A DNA stretch of 64,000 bases from Lingula anatina. Lineage: Eukaryota > Animalia > Brachiopoda. The stretch is taken from assembly GCA_051362555.1 (NCBI GenBank), contig CM120646.1:12958001-13022000 (forward strand), written 5' to 3'. Shown in pieces: positions 13,045 to 24,058 of the stretch. Below the pieces are notes generated by a model. That model searched no databases. It saw only the letters and a program-made list of their open reading frames with translations, and was not told the DNA's origin. Position numbers and translations under genes: made by a program. Positions within the stretch are counted from its first letter, which is position 1; each line of letters opens with the position of its first letter.

Positions 13045-16000
13045 ATGGCTCGATGGATATGTTCAGTCATTAAAGAAATGTTTGTGTTTGGTGTATTCCC
13101 CCATACATATAATATATATATGCATATTTCAGCTTTCAAACAGAAATTGAGACTATAAACAAGCAATACAAGAGTGAACCCTTCAAGTTCCTAGAGCCAT
13201 CGTAAGTAGAAAACAAGCCAGGTTTATTGTAAACCTAGGAATGTTCATGTGGTAGTACAATTTGTCATTAGCCATGGTAATTACTGGATCTTTATAGTGG
13301 GAAAAATTCTGAATTTTACAGAATAATACATTTTTTGATTTGTAAATTCTTGAAATTGCACCATTCCTGTTGAGTGGTAGCAACAAAACTGAAAAGTAGG
13401 TCGTCTTTTATCTCTATTGTATATAGTAAAAGCATTACAAATGCTCCACAAAATACATTTTTTAAAAGATTCCAAAATTATGTAATACTTTGCCCCATTG
13501 AAAACATCAAGTAATTGCTGTACTCTAGATTTAATGCAGTGGACAGGTTTCTAACTTTGGTAACAGTTTTTAGTCTGGTCTGTCTGATTTAGTTGAAAAA
13601 CCATGTGTGACATGCAGTTTGGCCTAGTTTTAACAGGTTTTCCTTGTTTAAGTTGCTGAAATTTGTACATAATCTTCAATTAAAAGAGCAAATTGCTCAA
13701 GTTAGATTTAGTTTAATGTTTAAATGACACAGTTGTTTAAAAAAAGTGGAAGCAATTTTATGTTTAATCTGATACAAAGAGAGAAAAAACTGAGAGTGAA
13801 CAATTTGGTTTTAGGCTCAGGCTGGAGTATCCCGAAGCTGTGAAACTTCTAAGAGCTAACGGAGTTGAGATGGGGGATGAAGACGATCTTACCACTCCTG
13901 CTGAGAAACTGCTGGGTAGACTGGTCAAACAAAAGGTAAGGTTATAGACTAATAAAAGTTTTTTAAGAAAAATGATTAGAAATCGTTCTCAGACTTAAAA
14001 TAAAAGCAATTTGCATGAAATTTTTGTCCCAATTGTCTAATAAAATGGTGAATCTACTTGTGTTCTATCAGTGTAGATTGTTGTGGAAGGTGTGTACCTC
14101 ATGAAAACACTACTAGTTGATGACAGGGCACAGGCTATAATGTATCGTATATTATTTGAAACATTAAAGCTTTTCTGTATGTTAACCATATTTTTAGACT
14201 AACTATAGCATATAGATTTTGAATAATGGGACTAGTTACTGTGTAACTTAATATATTTATTCTTCACATAGTAGTTTATTTGAAATATATCGGCACTATA
14301 TCTCAGTCAAGTCTAGCACATGAATGATCTGTTAGGATGAATGCATGTATATGTTTTTATCAATAATATTTTCCAGTATGACACTGACTTCTTCATGTTG
14401 GACAAGTATCCCCTGGCTGTGAGACCGTTCTACACTATGCCTGACCCAAATAGCACGGTAAGTTACTCATTATTAGGGGCAGGCAAATGGCAATTGAGGT
14501 TGTAATGGTTCAAGATGAAGGTTCTCTTTTGAAAAAAATAATAAGATTTTTATAGAAAATTGTTTTTATTTGTGACAATAAGTATTAGGCCAGTTTGAAT
14601 AAATATTCTTTAATTTTTTAAATTTAAATGCACACTACTAATTAATGTAATAAAAATCAGTTTGAAGTTATTTTCAGCTAGCAGGGTTTATTTATTTGAT
14701 AAATCAAAAAGGTAATATCATTGGAAACTCAAAGTAAGAATATTTATCTTTATATTGATTAACTCTTATTAACTCCGATATTTTAGAAATATTCCAACTC
14801 CTACGACATGTTCATGCGAGGAGAGGAAATTCTCTCTGGTGCACAGCGAATACACAACCCTGACTTCCTGTCAGAGAGAGCAAAGGTTCATGGCATAGGT
14901 AAGTATATTAAGTGCAATTTTTTGAGGGTTTATCTGTTAATTTTGTTTTGTCCATTCTCACTTCTTTGCCTGTTGTAAGTCGTGTTCTGTTTGAAGAATG
15001 TCATCTGCACTCCTGTTAAAATGTTGTAAAGATTGTGATGGAATCTCAACTACCGCATCCATTTCATTGTGTGTGTGCATTGCAGCTTGTAGGTTTAAAC
15101 ATTATTGAATCGATTAGGGAGAGAATTCAGGTTGGGGGACATAAGAAGGCATCACATTTTGAGTGAGAAAAGAAATCAATTTTTAAACCTGAGAGGTGAT
15201 GAAAAAAAATTTTTGTTATTGGTATTTCAAGTATATTGTTCCAACCTGTGCATTTAGCTTTCAATGTACATTTATTACTAAACCTGGAAATCATTACAAG
15301 CATATGAAAAGTAGCAACATTCAAGGAAGCAAAACAGAAGAGAATGTATCCAATTCAGATGCAGAAGTGAATACTCAAACAAGTGGGGAAGGCCTCACAG
15401 TCAGAGATGTTGTTATTACCAAGAATAAGCATGCATGTTTGCGTGCAAAGTGTTTTCTGTCTCACCTCACATTGGGTTAGAACACAGCAGAAATTACTGG
15501 GCAAACAGCCCTCAAGCTATCTGGGTTTGCTGAAATAAAGCAAAAAGTGCAGCGCCCAGCAAGAAGATTTTTAAAGAAAACATGGACATGTGGAATGTAT
15601 TGAAGCGTTTCTTGAAGCTGAAATGCATGCCAGTATCTTTTTGCTGGTTTGTCATGATAAGATAGGTCTTATTGTGGCAAATTATAATAGATATTGTTTT
15701 AGACCATTTAGTGTCCAATTATTTCTAATCTCTGTGTCTAAGCCTCTTTGTTGTTGTTTTGAGTGGGGAAAAATCAATATTTATTTTTAGTTGAGCATTT
15801 TGTGGGGAAGTGGAGGTTAGAGGCAGTATTTGCAGGGTTTGATGATAAATGTGTAACCACAGTCCCACTTAACAAGTGACTGTAGCACAGACAGTATATC
15901 TCTTGCACAGACCTTGTTTCGGTTTTACAAAGAATCATTTGACTTAAATGCTTCTTGGTCTTGAAGCTTCAAAAGAAGGAAATGATGCCTATCATTGTGG

Positions 16001-19000
16001 GTGTTAGCTTTAAGTGGCATACATTTTGATATATTTTCAACTTTATTTGTGTTTTGTCAGGAGCTCTGGCATCAAAAGTAGCTGAATTTATCCCAAGTCA
16101 ATTTTACATTTTAACATCTTTTCACAGACAAGGCATAATAAAACTACAGGCAGTTACAAAAGTCTGAACATATCCATGATAATAATCACGGCTGACAGTT
16201 GAAGAAATTCTAGCAGTGTTGCATCAGATTGAGATCAGGTAGATTGTTAGACCAGTAATGTAGATCTATTAAAGTTGAGTAGGTTGTCTTGAAATAGACA
16301 TGGTGTTTCTATTAAGCAGAGCTATCTGAATCTAAGACCCATCACTTTTAATATACCACAGCCCTAAGTGATTGAACTGTACATTGGCAACAGGTCATTC
16401 AAAGGGTATACCCAAGGGTACCACACTGATGGTACCTTAGCCTTGGTACCACCCATGCTTCTGGCTCTCATCTTTTACCAGCAAGTGCCCTGTATCTGAA
16501 TGTAGTTTTGTGTATATGGTATTGGGTAGTTATACTGAGAGATAGAGATAGCAGAAGAGGGGCTGTTGTGGGATTATCACTGGAACTGACATGAGAAATT
16601 AAAAAGACAGACTGGCTAATACCTGGGAGCAGGCTCTGGAGGGAGAATTAGGACCACCAAGTTGTTGGTTTAATTCATCCAATTGAAGGAACAGATTGGG
16701 CTAATTTTACTTAATGTGCACAGTATGGTGGGTTATCTGGAGAGACACCTCTGTAAACATGGAGCTCTCGTTCCTGGCCCTCGGGACAAGAAGTGGTGGG
16801 AAGAATGGGTGGAGGGGGGGGGAGTGATCACCATGTAAGGGGAACTGAAGATAATTGTGTTAGTTCTAAAATGGTGTGGTGCATATCGTGATTTGACCGT
16901 GCAACTCTGCAGTAGCATATTTTGTCTCTTTCATTTGGTGTAGCCAATAAGTAATATAAACAATCTCTCTCTCTCAGTGCAAATACTTTGGCGGGGGAGG
17001 GGGGGAAGCCTTAGACCCCATTCCCAAACCTAGATCGATCTGGCAGGATCGACCTATCTCCGAGAGTTTTCTCACTAAATTGTGTTCAACTTAAGCGGCT
17101 CTGATGTCTTGCACGCCTATTAAAGCTGTTAGGGGGTATTTTACTTTAGTTAAGCAGCTTCAGTAGGCATGCCAGACATCTAAGCCGCTTAAGCTGAGTG
17201 CAATTTGGGAGAATCCCCTCAGAAATGGGTCGATCCTGCTAGATCGATCTAGGTATGGGAATGGGGTCTTAGTGAATGGTTTCTAGTGTAGAGCTAAAAG
17301 GGCAGTTTAGAGCTGTTGGATCTGTGTCACATTTTACCAATAACAGATATTTTAAAGTCTGTCTCATGTTGAAGGAGACGCTATATAATCTGGTTCTAGT
17401 GGGAATTGCCAGGCCGCTCTCTGATCTGTGTTGCCATTAGTGTTCACATTAGTGTTCATTAGTGCACTTTGATCAGGACAGACACATGCACAGTATGGAG
17501 GCAGAGGGAGATGAAAACTTCTGTTAAACAGGAGGACATTCAATACCCAGTCCCATTGTTTTCATGATGTGGAGACAAATTGTGGGTGACTTCGCTGCAG
17601 CTGTTTACTCAGGATTACTATTGTCTCGGTGAAAGAGGAAATAGAATGCATGGGGATTTAGTCCTGGGCAGATTGTTATGTCACAGGCAATTTGTGACAG
17701 ACGTTTCCTTTGATGAAAAAATTTCACCACATGACATGTGGGTGATCATGATGTGATATAACATATGCAGTTTGTGATCTCATCTGGTGGTAGTGTGTAT
17801 TTGAAAATAATAAGTTCATTTGAAAGGAGTTTTAAAGAGATCACCGTTTTTGGGGTCCTCTTTCTCCTGAGATGCTATTAAATAGGTTTTCATCTATTGA
17901 GTACTGCAAAATACTGATACTGTGATCAGAAAAAAGTTTGTTGATGCTCAACATTTGGGCAAATCAAAGATTGTTGTGGATTTAAATTCAGTTTTCACAT
18001 TTCACTTGTTTTCACAGCCAGAGTTGTTATGTCTGGTAATGTGTTTTCTGGACACTTTTCTCTAACAGACACATGCCACTTAGTTGTTACTCTTTTTTTC
18101 AGTGAAAAGTATATGGAACAAGTGAATTACCTAAAATGTTTTTCACTCAAGTCACTTCAAGATATCTGCCATGATTTCTTTTTTATAATTAAACAAAACT
18201 AATTTAAAATTGTCTTTCTTGGATTATCAATACTAATGATATTATCTGAACTAATAAAATATGATTGGTATGTTTTTTCTGTTTCAGACTTGGAGAAAAT
18301 TCGTGCTTACATTGACTCTTTCCGCTATGGGTGCCCACCTCACGCTGGAGGAGGAATAGGTAAGAGATGGAAACAAGATTTACTGTGGTGATGGCATAAA
18401 AGGTGGCTTGGAAGCACTCTTTGAGCACATTCAGAACAGTGAACTAACAGATATGCGGATCAAATATGGCGACTGACTAAAAAGCTCACCGCTTTGTGAG
18501 TAGATTCCCTGCTGGGATTATGCAACACGCATGTAAGGGGATCAGCCATATTTGATCCACAGATCTGTTAGATCGCATTCACAACGAGTTGAGCCAGGCT
18601 TTACAAATCCTGGGGACTAAATATGGCGGACGTACATGAAAGAAAAACCGCCTAATCTTTTAATAGTCTCTCCGCCTCTCACACGCCTCCCCATGTGTCG
18701 TCCCAATGGAGCCGAGATTTAATGACTGTCCCCCCGCAGGGATGACGTGTGGGGAGGCGTGTGAGAGGCGTAGAGACTATTAAAAGATGTCTTTTTCCTG
18801 GCCTGGTAATTTTTTTAAGTGGTTTTACTTAAAACGTCACTAAAAGTAGCCTTGGACCATGTAAACATTTACATTTTGAGTTCACATTAACACAAATAAT
18901 AAGTAACAGTAGCTTTTTCAAAAGGATTTGGCTAGATTCAAGTGTCCTTGACCCTGGCCATTAGTGACCTTGACCTATTTTTCCCATTGTTTTATTTTTT

Positions 19001-19094
19001 AGGTATGGAGCGTGTGACCATGTTGTACCTAGGTTTGGACAATGTGAGGAAGACGTCCATGTTCCCCCGTGATCCAAAGCGCATCACACCATAA
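7622..19094 (+). CDS. DARS1: Aspartate--tRNA ligase, cytoplasmic (class IIb), 15 exons, 535 aa
   Basis: Exons 7622-7659, 8811-8901, 9414-9612, 10032-10134, 10625-10727, 11114-11188, 11673-11841, 12329-12463, 12691-12838, 13133-13201, 13815-13935, 14377-14457, 14787-14898, 18288-18359, 19003-19094 total 1608 nt with consistent phases. Motifs: [98 protein letters not shown]. Confidence 0.98.
8200..8533. mobile_element. Non-autonomous TTAA-type DNA transposon (Kolobok-like termini), in DARS1 intron 1
   Basis: TIR AGGGATAATAACTCT...GAGAGTTATTTATCCCT, flanks TGAA/TTAA; inverted homolog at 63624-63961; fragment near 10416-10490. Confidence 0.8.
9077..9292. mobile_element. PIF/Harbinger-like MITE, family A
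   Basis: GACTGCATTCCCA...TGGGAACCCAGTC then TAA; reverse orientation relative to the 4372 copy. Confidence 0.85.
10974..11020. repeat. (GT)n microsatellite
   Basis: GT run followed by GCGT/GCAT units. Confidence 0.9.
12960..13042. repeat. (CT)n(CA)n compound microsatellite
   Basis: Directly visible. Confidence 0.92.
17014..17268. mobile_element. PIF/Harbinger-like MITE (family A relative with long TIRs)
   Basis: TTA|GACCCCATTCCCAAACCTAGATCGATCT...AGATCGATCTAGGTATGGGAATGGGGTC|TTA. Confidence 0.88.
18423..18570. mobile_element. MITE with inverted arms, interrupted on the right by a family B copy
   Basis: TAACAGATATGCGGATCAAATATGGC (18445) vs GCCATATTTGATCCACAGATCTGTTA (to 18570); Harbinger-like start GAGCACATTCAG at 18423. 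Confidence 0.6.
18571..18788. mobile_element. Fold-back MITE family B, right end truncated
   Basis: Near-identical to 41879-42180 (GATCGCATTCACAACGAGTTGAG...), preceded by TTA. Confidence 0.88.
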
Positions 19095-19914
19095 TGTCAT
19101 ACAGAAAGGTTGCCAAGTGTTCCATACATCACTGTACTATGCTGTACTTGTTAAGGATGGATATTTGTCCATTGGCATATCGTTATTAAATGTGAACACT
19201 TGTAATATAACATTATTCAGAATATGCGGCCATAACTCAGCACTAGACTTATTTAAGATATTGTCGTTAACTATGTGCTCTACATGGGCAAACAATGCCA
19301 AAAAGTCACTAAAGATGTTTAACATCAACAGAATTGTGCAACATCTCTAATTTGATATCTAGAGGGGATTTTATATGATTTGTTTTGTACAACAAAGGCA
19401 CCCTTAATGATATTTTTTATTTTTGCAGTGTTTGCCAAGCAATATTTATTGTGATTAAAACTGGATTTAACTACTTGGTGAATTATATGTGATGGTGCAA
19501 TTTGGAGTGTCTGGGACCTTGTGTCCCAGGACAAGTTATGTCAAAAATTGGTCTTGGTTTAAACTGCCAAGAGCCTAAACTGACTTTCACAGAAAATCTC
19601 AAGGGCTGCTTACCTCAATTTTTGCAGTCTCAAAATGCAGCCCTTTTCCAAGATTAATCACTAATTTGTTTACTCTGATATCTGTTGACAGTGGTGAGTG
19701 ACAGTAACTTGTGTAGGTATGTCATCTACAGTTATTGTGGACCAAGCTTTGCTATTAGACATATATCGCAAAAGTTATTTACTTAGTCAGCTATCCAGTT
19801 TCCAGCATTGACTAAACCCACATTCTTTCTAAATATGAACCTTGCTTAAATTTGTGTATTAATTCCAGTGAAATTTGTTTGTAACTACCGAAATTGTTGT
19901 CATCTACTGTTGAA

Positions 19915-19920
19915 AATAAA
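19915..19920 (+). terminator. Probable DARS1 polyadenylation signal
   Basis: AATAAA about 820 nt after the stop, followed by GT/T-rich sequence at 19940-19963. Confidence 0.55.
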
Positions 19921-20948
19921 ATGTACAGTTACAAAATATTTTTGAGTATTGTGTTAGTTTTTTAAAATTCTTCTCAGTGAAGTGCAGTGTGTAAAATTTA
20001 ATCATTGCTGAAAAATGTTCCTATTAATTAAAACCACAGTTCGTTCTTTTTTCTCCTTCTTCAATTCACTCAACCATTCAACCAAAAAGGGTTCTACAAT
20101 CAGCACAGTAAAATATTTACTGAACCAAGTAAAAATGTTGATAACAGTACACCCATACTGTTGGGTTTAAAGGTTATTTATGATGAACAAACGGTGCCCT
20201 GGGGGTTAAGTTACATGAGTTTCTCTCTCACCTCCTTTCATCTCAGTTTTAAGTGTGAACCATGCCAATCACAGAAACACATCCAGAAACTCTGCGGACT
20301 AAAACACATCAATCAAACTGGGTAAAAAGAAGCCCAGGAATTTTCAATTAAAGGCAAAATATGCCAAAAACATTAGAGCAGAGGTAAAATTCTTTCTTCC
20401 AGTGCAAAGGATTTTTTTTTTCTATTTTTTGAAAATTTTGGACATATTACTGAGGTGGCATATGGGTAAAACTGTCTGTTAACTTGGTGGACCACATGCA
20501 CTTGATGAATAGTTTGATCCCAATAAAAATATTCATAATGATCCCCTCCTTTTAAAATAAGAAAGCACATTGCCAGTGGGAGTTGGGTTTAATGTCTGAT
20601 AGACTAGTCAAAATACTTGTTATGGAATAAAAACGTGGCCTTCGTTATTTCTCAGCAGACAAGGTACATCACCCAGGAGCAGATCCAGAGCTATTTACTG
20701 ACAGTCTTCCAAATTATCTTTGTTGATTCATCCTCCAATTTTGACCATCTTCCAACAGAAAAAAATAGATACCATCAATGTAAACTTGAAAATCTGACCG
20801 TCTCCTGGAAGACCCAGAAGACGGCCTAAATCCGCCCCTGATCACCTGCCTATGTAGTTTTTCCAGATGTATTTTGCTGATATTTGTGAGGCTGACCCCA
20901 AGAGTGCACTTCTGACCAGGACTTCTCTTCACATCACTTTTCATCTAA

Positions 20949-21163
20949 CACCCCATTTCCATAGATTAGATGGACCTACTTTAGATCGACCTAACTCCCT
21001 GGGGGTTCACGCTAAATAGCTGTCAGCCGGGCGGACACGAAAGTTAATTACCCCCTTAGAGCTTGTAGTAGGCGGGACGGACATTTAAGTCGGATTATCT
21101 GAAAGTAATCTAGTGAGACTCCCCGCGGGGATAGATCGATCTAAAATCTATGGGAATAGAGCC
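20949..21163. mobile_element. PIF/Harbinger-like MITE, family A
   Basis: TAA|CACCCCATTTCCATAG...CTATGGGAATAGAGCC|TAA; near-identical inverted copy at 36807-37021. Confidence 0.9.
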
Positions 21164-22870
21164 TAAGTCTTTGGCATTACACAATTGAAAACCCGGGTGC
21201 GCAAAATTACCAAGAGTCTGTGGCTTTGGGTTTTCTTCAAACTAACTAACGAGGAATCTTTACTGAGTACATGAAATGCATTAAACAATTATTTAATTTA
21301 AAATAAATGAAAAGACAAATGTTCAAATGAAACAATTTATGAATGTTAATATGAAAATAATCAATTTAAAAACTGGGTAAGGTTTAACTGCTACACAATA
21401 GGAACTGAGGCAGAAAAATTGAAAGACTGCAGAAATGAGCATTTAACCAGAGAATCTGGCTGTATACACATTTTATCTCAATTAAGTAAGTAAAAACATA
21501 TTCAATATACCCCACCATATCTGATAATCTAACACTAATTCAAAAGCTTGAGGCATTTTCAAATGAAAATTATATAAACTTAATTTCATCTTGTTTAACT
21601 GGTATTTTAATATTAAAATATTACAGAAATCAGAAAGACCAAATGCTACATAACAGATAGTTGTATCTCTTAGCCTACTGTACTAAACTAAACACTACAG
21701 GTACTATGGCTTAACAGATGGATAAGTTTTTTAATAAGGTAGATAGCTGAAAAAACTAATGGACAATACATGTTATGCACACATAACTGATGCACTATAT
21801 ATCTGACATATTCACAATATCACAGCGTTAGGCAAACAATTGCCAGCATTTTTAACATACATTTCATTATGTCAAGTATTCTGTACCTACGTATTTATTA
21901 AAGCTAAATTTTGTTTGTTAAATGAAATGCAATACTTCACAGGCCCAAAAATTATATATACAGCTATCATGTACCTGCATATCTACCGTTTGTCACAATG
22001 TAAATGCTTCTGCTATTCGAAAGGAAATAAATGCAAATGCACAGAATGATATTTAATTATAAATGTACAGAAATGCACATTAAGGGTATGTTGTTCACAA
22101 AAATATGTACTGTTAATTACAGTACAGCCCACTCCATTCAAATTAAGCAGCAAAATTAATGTAAACATCACAAAAAGCTTAATATTGCAATGTTTGTGGT
22201 AAAAAGTAAAATGATTTTGGCACAGTAGAAATTTTAACACAGGTTTTATATTCTTGATGAGAATAATTGACAATAACAAAAATTAACATAATTTTTCTAC
22301 AAAAAAATTGACTTACATATATCCATCAAATGAAAGGCAGTAGTAGAAGTAATAATAATAAAAATATGTCAAAGGCGTTTAATATCATTTGGCACTCAAC
22401 AGTACACTGCAGAAAAGCATTACCTATAATAATGGGCTTTGTTGACTGAAATTGTTAATCTGCAGTTTGTGAAAATGAGAATTATGCTAAGATATTATTA
22501 CAAATGTACATTTGATGCTTAAATTAAAAGACTCGTATGAAACAAAGTCTCAAAATATGTCAGTTTTTTTGGCACTGGTTAAACTGATGCATAACCTAAC
22601 AAGGCAATCCAGTATTGGTCATTAACAACCTATTATTATTGTTATCAATGATAGATTTACATGTACCCACATTTTTTAAAATTGAATGCAATAATTGTCA
22701 TCCTCACTAAAAACTAAAATGGTTTATTAGCACAGATTTATATTGCAATAAATCAGTGGTTCAGTCAAATATACTATACAGCAATGACCTATTGATAGAG
22801 CTGCCTTGATATTATAATATATTAAAAGTTGCTACAGCACCAATTTTATACTTAACATAGCTAGAGGACA

Positions 22871-24058
22871 TTAACACGACCACCTTGGCCCATCCAAAGC
22901 CTTCCATATCCTTCTCATTTCCTGCTGACCAATTCGATGGCCTGTGATAAAATTGGCAAAGTTACAAGGAGGTTCATTCCGTCGAAAATATTGAAAACCT
23001 AAATGATGCACGTGTGAGGCGTCCACCTTAGTGGCACATATCCCAGTGATGTACACATCTTCCAACCAAAACATAGGTGTCACTAGTGTTGCCTGATATA
23101 GATCACTTACGAGATCCTGTGAAATAACATACGCTGTTCCTGAGATGTATGTTGGGTAAACTGAGTCAATATACTCCTCCTTTGAAACATACCATTTTGA
23201 GAAATTTTGCCTGTAAGGCATTGCATCTTTAATCACAGAACCCATAATGAACTTGTGAAACTTGGGACCAGAGTCTTTTAAGCTTTTTATCAAGTTTGGA
23301 ATGTGGACGAACATGTCTTCGTCAGTCTTGAGTAGATATTTAGCATGGTTGCAATATGTTGTATACCACTTTAGCACTGCTGTAGTTTTAATAGATAAAT
23401 TTCTGTAGCTGTCAATAAAGTCCTCTTGTATGATATCATGATGCTGTTCACTCTCTTTTCTGACTTGATACTCATGAAAGGACTCATTGGTCCTCCCAAG
23501 CATGAATACAACTTTAGTTTTTAATTCCGGTTGATTGATTGCAGTTCCCCACGTTTGTCGAATTGCTTGACGTTGCCTGTACCTGTGCACAGAGGATAAG
23601 ACTACAACCATTAAGAAAACTTCATCTTTCTTTCCGTCCTTTTTGCAAATATATTCTTCATTGATTAGGTAGGGGTAATCATGAGGATTGACCACTTCTT
23701 GCTGGGATTCAATAACACTGGATAACTTTCTTGTTCGGCTGGAACCAACATTTTTTAATATTCCATTAGAATTTTTCTCCCCTTTGCTGTCCTTTTCTCT
23801 AAAATTACTATTTTTGGAGCCCGAATGAGTAAGCAGTTTTGTCAAGTTTACAGACGACCCAGAATGTCTTGCTATAGCCTCCAAGCCACTGTCTTCTGTC
23901 AAAACTTCTTTCAAGTCATCAGTGCCCTGAATGTAGATTGTTTTCCCGTGCAATGCCTGCAGATGGCGCACATACTCCTGGCTGGTATAGTACAGGTATC
24001 CAAAAAAATGAAATACACAAAAGCCGGTGAGGAAGAGGAGGAGTTTTGATCTCGCCAT
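22871..24058 (-). CDS. Beta-1,3-galactosyltransferase (CAZy GT31, B3GALT1/5-like), 395 aa, single coding exon
   Basis: N-terminal TM (KLLLFLTGFCVFHFFGYLYY), stem, then RQAIRQTWG, DIIQEDFIDSYRNLSIKT, KTDED (DxD), SKWYVS, YPTYISGTAYV, EDVYITG. First in-frame ATG after the TGA is at 24058 (the ORF track starts at a GTG, 24088); splice acceptor TTTTTGCAG just upstream, exon starts 24106. Confidence 0.95.
   Translation of the reverse strand: MARSKLLLFLTGFCVFHFFGYLYYTSQEYVRHLQALHGKTIYIQGTDDLKEVLTEDSGLEAIARHSGSSVNLTKLLTHSGSKNSNFREKDSKGEKNSNGILKNVGSSRTRKLSSVIESQQEVVNPHDYPYLINEEYICKKDGKKDEVFLMVVVLSSVHRYRQRQAIRQTWGTAINQPELKTKVVFMLGRTNESFHEYQVRKESEQHHDIIQEDFIDSYRNLSIKTTAVLKWYTTYCNHAKYLLKTDEDMFVHIPNLIKSLKDSGPKFHKFIMGSVIKDAMPYRQNFSKWYVSKEEYIDSVYPTYISGTAYVISQDLVSDLYQATLVTPMFWLEDVYITGICATKVDASHVHHLGFQYFRRNEPPCNFANFITGHRIGQQEMRRIWKALDGPRWSC

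Noticed and set aside
7660-19002. Intronic snoRNAs in DARS1
   Set aside because: Scattered TGATGA/CTGA words, but no C/D pair with a terminal stem that I could support; needs an Infernal/Rfam scan.
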